Source of the DNA: Candidatus Latescibacterota bacterium
GTDB taxonomy: Bacteria; Latescibacterota; UBA2968
Length of the DNA: 64,000 nucleotides
Reading direction: 5' to 3'
Assembly (NCBI GenBank): GCA_965222605.1
Contig: OZ244960.1
Location: 1,568,001-1,632,000, forward strand
In this document: positions 56,226-64,000 of the stretch, one piece after another
How the letters are laid out: the number at the start of each line of letters is the position of its first letter
Numbering within the stretch: position 1 is the first letter of the stretch
Made by a program: the position numbers and the translations under genes
Notes under the pieces: generated by a model
Databases searched by the model: none
What the model was told of the DNA's origin: nothing
What the model saw: only the letters and a program-made list of their open reading frames with translations

Positions 56226-57133
56226 TAGAATTGTCTCAGGCGCTTTTGCAGGTACTGGCGGAGAAGGTACCCATAGCGCTGATCAAAGAGAGTAAAATCG
56301 ATGAAAGATTTAAAATACGATTCAAAATCGCCGATATCATAGCGCAATTCTTCGGGATACAACTTGATACAGCGAACAGGGTGCCCCATTTTAATAAGCG
56401 TCGAAATCGCATCTGTAAGCTCGAGCTTGCCCCTGTAACTGGGAGATGTTCGCTTGAGTGCAGTAAAAATTTCGGGATTAAAAATATAACGCGCGGCCAC
56501 ACCGAGATTGCTCGGTGCATTTTCCGGTGCGGGCTTCTCCACAATATGCGCGATCTCAAAATCGTCTTCAGACTCGCCGTTCACAGGCTCGACAATACCA
56601 TACTTGTTCTCTTCGCCCTGGGGCACTTCAACAACGGCAATAGTACAACTGGACCCATTTTCACGGTGCGATTTGATCATCCGCCGCACGAGGCCCGCAT
56701 GATTGCCCGACTTTATAATCGTATCGCCAAACGCGACCACAAATGGCTCGCCTGCAACAAAGTCCTCAGCCCTGCCAATGGCATCTCCTATGCCCGCAGG
56801 CGTAATATGACCGGAAGGGATAATTTGTCGGGTATAAAAAAATTTAACGCCTTCTTTTTCATAATCGAGTTCATCGAGCAAATTATTTTGATCGCTTTCC
56901 GAGAGATAATTCTGCAATTCCGGATCCCGGTCAAAGTGATCTTCTATCGTGCGCTTGTCCTTTCCCGTCACAAAGAGTATCTTCTTTAATCCTTGCTCAA
57001 CCACCTCTTCAACCACATACTGAACCACGGGTTTTCGCCCAACGGGCAACATCTCCTTGGGCTGAGATTTGGTGGCTGGTAACAGACTCGTACCCAAACC
57101 GGCAACCGGAATAACGACTTTTTCAATCTCCAT
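56225..57133 (-). CDS. galU: UTP--glucose-1-phosphate uridylyltransferase family protein
   Basis: Motifs IPVAGLGT, ATKSQPKEMLP, IEDHFD, IVEKP, ELTDAI and RYDIG. Confidence 0.85.
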   Translation of the reverse strand: MEIEKVVIPVAGLGTSLLPATKSQPKEMLPVGRKPVVQYVVEEVVEQGLKKILFVTGKDKRTIEDHFDRDPELQNYLSESDQNNLLDELDYEKEGVKFFYTRQIIPSGHITPAGIGDAIGRAEDFVAGEPFVVAFGDTIIKSGNHAGLVRRMIKSHRENGSSCTIAVVEVPQGEENKYGIVEPVNGESEDDFEIAHIVEKPAPENAPSNLGVAARYIFNPEIFTALKRTSPSYRGKLELTDAISTLIKMGHPVRCIKLYPEELRYDIGDFESYFKSFIDFTLFDQRYGYLLRQYLQKRLRQF

Positions 57134-57162
57134 AGCGCGATGCTCCTCCAAATGCCAAACAC

Positions 57163-57191
57163 TTGACAGAGTGCAATCTGTCCCTTAGAAT
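57163..57191 (+). promoter_or_regulatory. Sigma70 promoter upstream of the TauD gene
   Basis: TTGACA-17 bp-TAGAAT. Confidence 0.65.
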
Positions 57192-57255
57192 AACAGTCAA
57201 AATAACAGGAGAATCTTATAGAGCGCAAGGTAAAAGAGTTAGCTGAGAAAACATC

Positions 57256-58191
57256 ATGTTAAACAAACAAATAACAGATCCTCGCGCGTGGACTGCCGAG
57301 ACAATTGATGCGTCTTCTGAATGGTATTACACCTTATCCGAACGCTATTTATCTGCATTGGATAGCGAAGTGCGAAAACATACGGGCGCAATATCTGATC
57401 TCCGCGTTTCCGATACCATCGCTTGTGCGCCCTGTCTCCAGCCCGTTCTGAACGGATTGCACACAGGACGCGGATTTGCCATCATCGAGCATTTGCCTGT
57501 AGAATATTACACACTGGACGAAGCGCGCGCCGCATATTGGATGATCGGACAGTGTTTGGGCGTGCCCTTTGAACAAAATATCGAAGGCACACTACTCTAC
57601 GATGTGCGAGACACCGGGCGAGATGTAAAATCGGGCGCGCGTTTTTCTGTAACCAATGCAGAAAGTTCGTTCCACACAGATGGTGCATTTGGAACGCAAG
57701 TACCCGAGTTAGTAGGCTTGCTATGTATTAAAACCGCGCGTTCGGGTGGTCGCAGTCAACTGATCAGTGCCTGTGCAGTACACAATATATTACACCAGCA
57801 AGCGCCCGATGTTCTAAACGCGCTTTACTCATCTTTCTATTTTGACCGACGGGGACAATATCTCCCGGGCGAAGCACCAATAACAAAAACGCCTATTTTT
57901 TCCTGGGATAAACAGACACTAATGATGCGCTACCTGCATTATTATATCCAGATAGGACATCGGGAAGCAGGTATGCCACTCACACCAGAACAAGAGCGCG
58001 CATTAGAAGCTGTTGAAGACGTATTAAAGCGTCCCGAAATGTGCGTAGAATTTAATCTCGCACCCGGACAAATGCTATTTACCAACAACAAATGGATACT
58101 GCACAATCGAACGGCCTTTGAAGACCATCCAGCCCCAGATCAAAGACGACACTATGTGCGGCTATGGCTAAAAAACAACACAAGGAGATAA
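57256..58191 (+). CDS. TauD/TfdA Fe(II)/2-oxoglutarate dioxygenase
   Basis: Motifs FHTD, VGLLCIK, LHNRTAFED and RHYVRLWL. Confidence 0.88.
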   Translation: MLNKQITDPRAWTAETIDASSEWYYTLSERYLSALDSEVRKHTGAISDLRVSDTIACAPCLQPVLNGLHTGRGFAIIEHLPVEYYTLDEARAAYWMIGQCLGVPFEQNIEGTLLYDVRDTGRDVKSGARFSVTNAESSFHTDGAFGTQVPELVGLLCIKTARSGGRSQLISACAVHNILHQQAPDVLNALYSSFYFDRRGQYLPGEAPITKTPIFSWDKQTLMMRYLHYYIQIGHREAGMPLTPEQERALEAVEDVLKRPEMCVEFNLAPGQMLFTNNKWILHNRTAFEDHPAPDQRRHYVRLWLKNNTRR

Positions 58192-58193
58192 TA

Positions 58194-59078
58194 ATGTCAA
58201 CTTTTACAGTTGGTTTACTGAGCCCCGGAGACATGGGACATGTCGTCGGGCAAGTGGCAATAGCCTCTGGCACTCGGGTAATAACCTGCCTGAATGGCCG
58301 CAGTGAGCGCACGCGCAAACTCGCAGAAATAGCAGGTATCGAAGACATCCCCACATATTCCGACCTGGTGCGCGAAGCTTCACTCGTAATTTGCATTCTC
58401 GTACCCGCAGCAGCAGAGTCGGTAGCCGCTCGCGTAGCTGACGCCCTGAAAGAAACGGATGAACAGATTGTATATACCGATTGCAATGCAATAGCCCCGG
58501 CAACAACTGTGCGCATAGGAAAAACAATTGAAAACGCGGGCAGCGTATTTGTCGATGCGGGTATTATCGGCGGACCGCCGCGCCAACCGGGTGGCACGCG
58601 GTTTTACTGCTCGGGGCCAGACACATCGGGCTTTGAAAAATTGAACGATTACGGGCTGGACGTGCGAAAAGTCGGCGATGAGATCGGGCAGGCATCGGGC
58701 TTGAAAATGTGCTATGCCGCGCAGACTAAGGGAACGACCGCACTACAAATAGAATTGCTCATCGCCGCGCGGCGCATGGGCCTGTACGAAGGATTGATCG
58801 CGGAGTGGGAAATGAGCCAGAAAGACCGGTTGGCGGGTATGGAGCGGGGCTTGCCGGGAATGCCGACCAAAGCAAAGCGATGGATAGGCGAAATGGAGGA
58901 AATTGCCAAAACCTTCGGGGATTTGGGACTCACGCCAAAAATATACGAAGGCGCGGCAGACATGTACCGACTCGTCAGCGAAACACCACTGGCAGACGAA
59001 GCACCTGAAACGCGAGATAAAAGCCGAACACTCGCACAGGTCATTGATATCTTTGCAAAGCAATCAAAAAGTGAATAG
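58194..59078 (+). CDS. NAD(P)-dependent beta-hydroxyacid dehydrogenase family protein (DUF1932)
   Basis: Motifs LSPGDMG, DCNAIAP, DAGIIGGPP, ASGLKMCYA and RWIGEMEEI. Confidence 0.85.
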   Translation: MSTFTVGLLSPGDMGHVVGQVAIASGTRVITCLNGRSERTRKLAEIAGIEDIPTYSDLVREASLVICILVPAAAESVAARVADALKETDEQIVYTDCNAIAPATTVRIGKTIENAGSVFVDAGIIGGPPRQPGGTRFYCSGPDTSGFEKLNDYGLDVRKVGDEIGQASGLKMCYAAQTKGTTALQIELLIAARRMGLYEGLIAEWEMSQKDRLAGMERGLPGMPTKAKRWIGEMEEIAKTFGDLGLTPKIYEGAADMYRLVSETPLADEAPETRDKSRTLAQVIDIFAKQSKSE

Positions 59079-59100
59079 ATCTCCTGAAGTGATATCAAGA

Positions 59101-59146
59101 AAAATTCCCTCTCCTATTAAATGGTAAAGGGAATTTTATTTTTTTT
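59101..59146 (+). terminator. Putative intrinsic terminator
   Basis: AAAATTCCCT...AGGGAATTTT followed by a T run. Confidence 0.55.
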
Positions 59147-59168
59147 CACAATGCCCCCAATGGGTAAA

Positions 59169-59197
59169 TTGACTTTTCTATGCCTACAAGCTATATT
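59169..59197 (+). promoter_or_regulatory. Sigma70 promoter upstream of the MDR dehydrogenase
   Basis: TTGACT-17 bp-TATATT. Confidence 0.6.
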
Positions 59198-59243
59198 ACG
59201 CGGTTATAAAAATAGTGGGTGACTTTAGACCGGAGAGACGCAA

Positions 59244-60287
59244 GTGAAAGCAGCACAAATCGTCGCATCCAGACGCATCGTGGTCGTCGAAGCAGACGAA
59301 CCACAACTCATGGGTGCCGGGCAAGTAAAAATTCAACTGGAACGCGCGTGTCTTTGCGGTTCAGACGTGCCGTTATGGGATTACGATCACAATGAACTGG
59401 CAGAAAGAGCGCGACTCAATCCGCGCAAAGCAAAACGCGCACCATTTGTCGATTATGTCAATGGGGACCCGTATCCCCTGCGCGTCGGCCTCTCGATTCA
59501 CGAATGCCTTGGCACAGTCGTTGAATCGACATCTGACCAATTTCAAACCGGCGATTTTGTACTTGCATTGCCCGATGCACAAACGGGATTGCGCGAATAT
59601 ATTTGCGCCCCCGATAGCCGAACCATTCCACTTCCAAAAGGCGCTGTACCCGACGAACAAATTCTGATGACACAACCCCTGGGCACAGTCGTATGGGCAT
59701 GTCAAAAACTGGGCAATATCGTCGATAGTGATGTGGCAATTGTCGGACAAGGCCCTATGGGATTGATGTTCACGCACATGCTGGCCAATTTGGGCGCGCG
59801 AACCGTAATTGGACTCGACAAATTGGATTACCGCTTACACACCGCAAAAAAAATGCACGCAACCCATACTGTCAATGTCGATAAAGTCGATGCCGTGAAA
59901 GCCATCCGCGAGATCACCAACGGCAAAATGGCGGATCTGGTGGTCGAAGCGGTCGGCCATCAGACAAAAACGCTCAATTCATGCATGAAACTCGTGCGCC
60001 ACATGGGCACACTGCTGTGCTTTGGCGTACCCGATGATGCGTATTACCCATTTGCATATCCCGAGTTTTTTAGATTAAATCTCAACCTGATTTCCACAGT
60101 TGGGCCCAATGTAGTGCCCAATTTTTCTCTTGCCCGCGACCTGATCGCACAAGGACGTGTTGACATGGCACCTCTGGTAACACATGTGCTGCCCTTTGAA
60201 GAGATTCAGCACGGGTATGAGTTATTTACCGATCGCCTGGATGGGGCCATTAAAGTGGTTATCGATTACAACTCGCTGCGAACCTGA
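59244..60287 (+). CDS. Zinc-binding alcohol dehydrogenase (MDR, Tdh-like)
   Basis: Motifs LCGSD, HECLG, VGQGPMG and VVEAVG. Confidence 0.88.
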   Translation: MKAAQIVASRRIVVVEADEPQLMGAGQVKIQLERACLCGSDVPLWDYDHNELAERARLNPRKAKRAPFVDYVNGDPYPLRVGLSIHECLGTVVESTSDQFQTGDFVLALPDAQTGLREYICAPDSRTIPLPKGAVPDEQILMTQPLGTVVWACQKLGNIVDSDVAIVGQGPMGLMFTHMLANLGARTVIGLDKLDYRLHTAKKMHATHTVNVDKVDAVKAIREITNGKMADLVVEAVGHQTKTLNSCMKLVRHMGTLLCFGVPDDAYYPFAYPEFFRLNLNLISTVGPNVVPNFSLARDLIAQGRVDMAPLVTHVLPFEEIQHGYELFTDRLDGAIKVVIDYNSLRT

Positions 60288-60330
60288 CCAGCGGGACAAC
60301 TTTGACAAACACAAAAGGGGGTTTTTACTT

Positions 60331-61917
60331 GTGGCAGCAATGTTTGAATACGGCGCAGTAGTTGGACAACCCGAATCTGATTCTGCAGCTATAAGCATAT
60401 TGAAAAAGGGCGGTAATGCAGTCGATGCTGCTGTAACAGCGGCATTTCTCGCGTGTATTTTAGCGCCTAAATCCTGTGGAATTGGCGGTTATGGCGGCGC
60501 GATGACCGCTTATATTGATGGCAAAGTCGTCTGCATCGACTTTAATACTGTCGCGCCCAAAGAGGCCCATGACAGAATGTTTCGCGTGACGCGCTCCGAT
60601 GGGCGATTTGGTTCTGCTGTCAGCGGTTATGCCAATGCAATAGGTTATAAGGCTATCTCTGTTCCCGGCGTACTGGCAGGTCTTGCTCTGGCTCTGGAAA
60701 AGTTCGGCAAAATGCCACTATCCGAAGTACTCGCACCCGCTATTCGCGCATGTGAACGCGGTTTTCGGGTATCGGCAAACTACGCTGCGGGTGTTGCCCA
60801 AAGCGAAGCGCGCATTCGCGAATTCCCAGAAACAGCCCGCTTATTGATGATCAGTGGCGAAGTGCCCAAAAGTGGAGACCGCGCACAAAACCCCTATTTG
60901 GGCAGAATGCTCAGTCAGGTTGCAGACAAAGGGGTGCGTGAATTTTATGAGGGACGCATCGCAGAGCGTATTGTCAAACACATTCGGGATAACGGTGGGA
61001 TTTTAACCCGAGATGATCTGGCAAATTACGAAGCTCAGATCGTTGACCCTGTACAAACGGCTTGTATGGAATACGATGTGTACAGTTCGCCCCTTTGCAG
61101 TGCTGGATTGAGTCTGGCACAAATGTGTGCCATAGCCGACGAAGCCGAATTAGATCTCTACGCGCGAGATTCTGCCCGATTGGCCCACGGCATGATTGAA
61201 ATTATTCGCGCAGCATGGATGGACCGCTATCGGCATTTTGGCGATCCAAAGCAAATACCTGTAGATACAGACATGCTGATGTCGGATATCAATATCGGTG
61301 CAAACGCCAAAGAAATTGCCACCTATATTGCCGAAGGAAAACGCGGTCAATCATTATTGAGACCGTTTTATATGGGTGGCACGACACATATTTGCACAAT
61401 AGACGCGCAAAGCAATATGGTCGCACTGACCCTCACACACGGACCGGGCTATGGGTCTTTTGTAACAATTCCCCGCATGGGTCTATTGCTGAATGCGGGC
61501 ATGTCGCGATTTGACCCCGGGGGGGGCTTAAAAAACTCAATTGCCCCCGGCAGAGCACCAATTATGAACATGTGCCCAACCATTGTGTTGCAAGATGGCG
61601 AGCCTGTCCTGACTGTGGGCGCATCTGGTGGCACGCGCATCCCATCGTCTGTCTTTCAGGTTTTGGCGCGAAGATTAGTACTCGACGAAGACCCCGAATG
61701 GTCCATCGCAGCCCCTCGAGTACATTCCGAAGGCAATGAATGGGTAGGCATAGAAGAAGAGTTCGGCGAAGCTGCGCCAGACTACCTCAAGTCAACCGGT
61801 TACAAAATAAATACAAAGGGCGCAGTCGCCGCCAATGTTCGGATGATTGAGATCGTGGAAGAAGGATTGCTGGCCATGTACGATCCGCGCATGAAGGCGC
61901 GAGAAAAAGGGTATTAG
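60331..61917 (+). CDS. ggt: Gamma-glutamyltransferase family protein
   Basis: GGNAVDAAV, GIGGYG, SVPG, FYEG, TTH at the autocleavage site, GASGG and APRVH. Confidence 0.88.
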   Translation: MAAMFEYGAVVGQPESDSAAISILKKGGNAVDAAVTAAFLACILAPKSCGIGGYGGAMTAYIDGKVVCIDFNTVAPKEAHDRMFRVTRSDGRFGSAVSGYANAIGYKAISVPGVLAGLALALEKFGKMPLSEVLAPAIRACERGFRVSANYAAGVAQSEARIREFPETARLLMISGEVPKSGDRAQNPYLGRMLSQVADKGVREFYEGRIAERIVKHIRDNGGILTRDDLANYEAQIVDPVQTACMEYDVYSSPLCSAGLSLAQMCAIADEAELDLYARDSARLAHGMIEIIRAAWMDRYRHFGDPKQIPVDTDMLMSDINIGANAKEIATYIAEGKRGQSLLRPFYMGGTTHICTIDAQSNMVALTLTHGPGYGSFVTIPRMGLLLNAGMSRFDPGGGLKNSIAPGRAPIMNMCPTIVLQDGEPVLTVGASGGTRIPSSVFQVLARRLVLDEDPEWSIAAPRVHSEGNEWVGIEEEFGEAAPDYLKSTGYKINTKGAVAANVRMIEIVEEGLLAMYDPRMKAREKGY

Positions 61918-61956
61918 AGTGGTCAGCCTAATTCGAATACTCAGGAGATAAATCAC

Positions 61957-63075
61957 ATGGAGAGATATCCCTTTGGCAGTGGGCGTCCCGATCCGGCATC
62001 GTTTCCCAAGCGGGAATTGGCCGAAGCTGCCATGCGTATTTTGCCCGAGATGGGCAATGAACTGGCACTTTATCCCGGCACATTGGGGTATCAACCAATG
62101 CGGCAGGTCATGGCCGATCGCTTGTTGCGGCGCGAAGGAATCGCCCCTCGCATTGAAGAAATTGCATTGACCAATGGCTCAATGCAGCCCGTGACCTTGA
62201 TGGCACAGATGTTTATCGATCAACCCGGTGACGGGGTGGTGATGGAGGAATTTTGTTATTCCGGCACAATTGGAGCGTATCAAAAAGAAGGCGCGGAATT
62301 GGTAGCCATTCCCGTGGACGAGCACGGCATGCGCATGGACGCGCTATCCGACGAATTAAAAAAACGCGCCGATAAGGGAAAGCTGCCCAAATTCATCTAT
62401 GTACTGGCGACATTCCAAAATCCCACGGGTGCGATTATGCCGCTCGAACGGCGAAAAGAATTGTTGCAAATTGCCGCACAATACGAGCTCCCTGTCGTCG
62501 AAGATCACTGTTATGCCGATACGGTGTACGAAGATGATTATTATGTGCCTTCGCTCTATACCCTACCGGCAGAAGTCCCCGTGGTACATATAGAATCCCT
62601 CTCCAAAATTTTGGGGCCGGGTGTGCGCCTGGGGTGCTTTTTCACCAAACAACCTCTCCTGGGCAAAATTTTGCAAATTCGTCGAGATGGCGGCACGAGT
62701 ACACTTGCCGCAGCTATTGTGTACGAATATTTCCGCGAGCACCTGTGGACCCATGTCAATCACATCAATGCAATCGTGAAAGAAAAGCGCGATTTGATGT
62801 TTGAAATGCTGGGACAATGTCCCGACGCTTTTGAATGGTTCAGCCGTCCCAAAGGCGGGTTATTTATCTGGGTCAAATTGCCCGACGCCACCGATGTGAT
62901 AAAATGCGAACAAGTCGCCGAATCTCGCGGGATTGATTACGCTACCGGCAAGGCATTTCACGTCCATCACGACGACGTGCCCTACCTGCGTCTCGCATTT
63001 GGCTACGCATCACTCGCACAAATCCGAGAAGGCATACCAAAACTGGCAGAATGTGTCATGGCGACACAGAGTTGA
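61957..63075 (+). CDS. PLP-dependent class I aminotransferase (ARO8/LysN-like)
   Basis: Motifs FQNPTG, VEDHCY, SLSKILGPGVRLG and GGLFIW. Confidence 0.88.
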   Translation: MERYPFGSGRPDPASFPKRELAEAAMRILPEMGNELALYPGTLGYQPMRQVMADRLLRREGIAPRIEEIALTNGSMQPVTLMAQMFIDQPGDGVVMEEFCYSGTIGAYQKEGAELVAIPVDEHGMRMDALSDELKKRADKGKLPKFIYVLATFQNPTGAIMPLERRKELLQIAAQYELPVVEDHCYADTVYEDDYYVPSLYTLPAEVPVVHIESLSKILGPGVRLGCFFTKQPLLGKILQIRRDGGTSTLAAAIVYEYFREHLWTHVNHINAIVKEKRDLMFEMLGQCPDAFEWFSRPKGGLFIWVKLPDATDVIKCEQVAESRGIDYATGKAFHVHHDDVPYLRLAFGYASLAQIREGIPKLAECVMATQS

Positions 63076-63125
63076 GGTCGCATTTTTAAGCCGCTTATTG
63101 GTCTTTCAATAATGTAGATGTCGCT

Positions 63126-64000
63126 ATGGTCCCAAGTCTATCTCCCCACTTTCTCTCGCTGGACCTCGAAGTCGGCAAGCAAGATCACCGCATTCGCGCA
63201 TTCGCCGCGGTGCGTCCAGATGTTGATCACCCTCTGGTCTTCCACGGCGGCGACCTGGCAGCGGCGTTGGCGAAACTCGACGACTTCGCTGCTGGCGCAG
63301 ACTTTCTGCTTGGCCACAACCTGATCGCTTTCGATCTACCACATCTGAAAGCCGCGGAGCCAGTTCTACGGATATTGAACCTGCCCGCGGTGGACACGTT
63401 GCGGCTCAATCCCCTCGCCTTTCCCCGCAATCCCTATCACCACCTCGTCAAGCACTATCAGGATGGACAGATCAAACGCGGGCGATTGAACGACCCGGAA
63501 CTCGACGCCCGGCTTGCGCTGGAAGTCTTCGACAGTCAGCAAACCGCGTTACGCGATGCGCCGCTCAGCTTGCTCGCCGCGTGGCATTGGTTGACCGGGA
63601 CTGGACCCGACAGCGCGGGGTTCGACGCCCTTTTCGCTGCTATAAGGTACGCGCCCCGGCCAACCCACGCGGCAGCGAACGCAGCGATCCGCGAGCGACT
63701 TGCGGACATCGCCTGCCAGAATCGCGGTCAAGAAATTCTCAAAAATACCACCCAAAGTGGCTGGCCACTGGCTTATGCGCTGGCCTGGTTGTCAGTTTCC
63801 GGCGGGAATTCCGTGATGCCGCCGTGGGTACGACATCAGTTTCCAGAAGCCGGTAAGTTGGTTCGCCAACTACGGGATATGCCCTGCGGCGAGTCGGACT
63901 GCGATTGGTGCCAAGAGAGACACAACCCGCGCAAGGAGCTTAAACGCTGGTTCGGCTTTGACGATTTTCGCTCGGAACCGAAGGACATGGATGGCCAGCC
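63126..64000 (+). CDS. Large RecQ-family helicase, N-terminal exonuclease-like region (partial; runs off the window)
   Basis: Frame open from ATG 63126 to the window end (absent from the ORF track because it has no stop): LSLDLEVG...LLGHNLIAFD...VDTLRLNPLAFPRNPYHHLVKHY...NDPELD...PPWVRHQFP...CGESDCDWC...WFGFDDFR. Confidence 0.75.
   Translation, partial: MVPSLSPHFLSLDLEVGKQDHRIRAFAAVRPDVDHPLVFHGGDLAAALAKLDDFAAGADFLLGHNLIAFDLPHLKAAEPVLRILNLPAVDTLRLNPLAFPRNPYHHLVKHYQDGQIKRGRLNDPELDARLALEVFDSQQTALRDAPLSLLAAWHWLTGTGPDSAGFDALFAAIRYAPRPTHAAANAAIRERLADIACQNRGQEILKNTTQSGWPLAYALAWLSVSGGNSVMPPWVRHQFPEAGKLVRQLRDMPCGESDCDWCQERHNPRKELKRWFGFDDFRSEPKDMDGQ

Noticed and set aside
63118-63856. Short ORFs listed at the right edge
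   Set aside because: They are alternative frames of the open RecQ-family frame starting at 63126.

Overview
This is a 64-kb bacterial chromosome segment. Gene content (Rpn nuclease, ceramidase-like, TauD, MDR dehydrogenase, GGT, duplicated MacB/FtsX permease) resembles FCB/PVC-adjacent, possibly host-associated lineages; that placement is inference only. A housekeeping and catabolic backbone (mnmA 3' end, HDAC, pheA, lutB fusion, EndoQ-UvrD, cysK, PBP1A, galU and others) is interrupted by two accessory blocks. (1) About 4.2-18.6 kb: a YtrA/GntR ABC operon with a duplicated permease, then a frameshifted Ser/Thr kinase-AAA-TPR-GAF-sigma54 activator. Next come three palindromic enhancer-like sites and a -24/-12 promoter driving a 59-aa precursor with one PapA-like CX3D motif, an RRE-radical SAM/SPASM maturase and a secreted protein, followed by a second, sensor-less sigma54 activator. 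(2) About 27.9-45 kb: a defence island with an orphan antitoxin, Rpn and a decayed IS1595, plus a tightly coupled 10-gene operon. In it, SspABCD-type DNA phosphorothioation genes are followed not by SspE/SspFGH but by a PbeABCD-like module (PLD-helicase, small protein, CxC SMC ATPase, small protein) and a DUF262 (DGQQR) + stand-alone SIR2 pair. Also seen: a MITE with perfect TIRs and a 5-bp TSD, an in-frame heptamer repeat in the EndoQ-UvrD linker, three apparent single-base lesions (real or assembly errors), and the 5' part of a GC-richer RecQ-family helicase at the right edge. No rRNA, tRNA or CRISPR array was recognised. All family calls come from motif recognition; no database searches were run.
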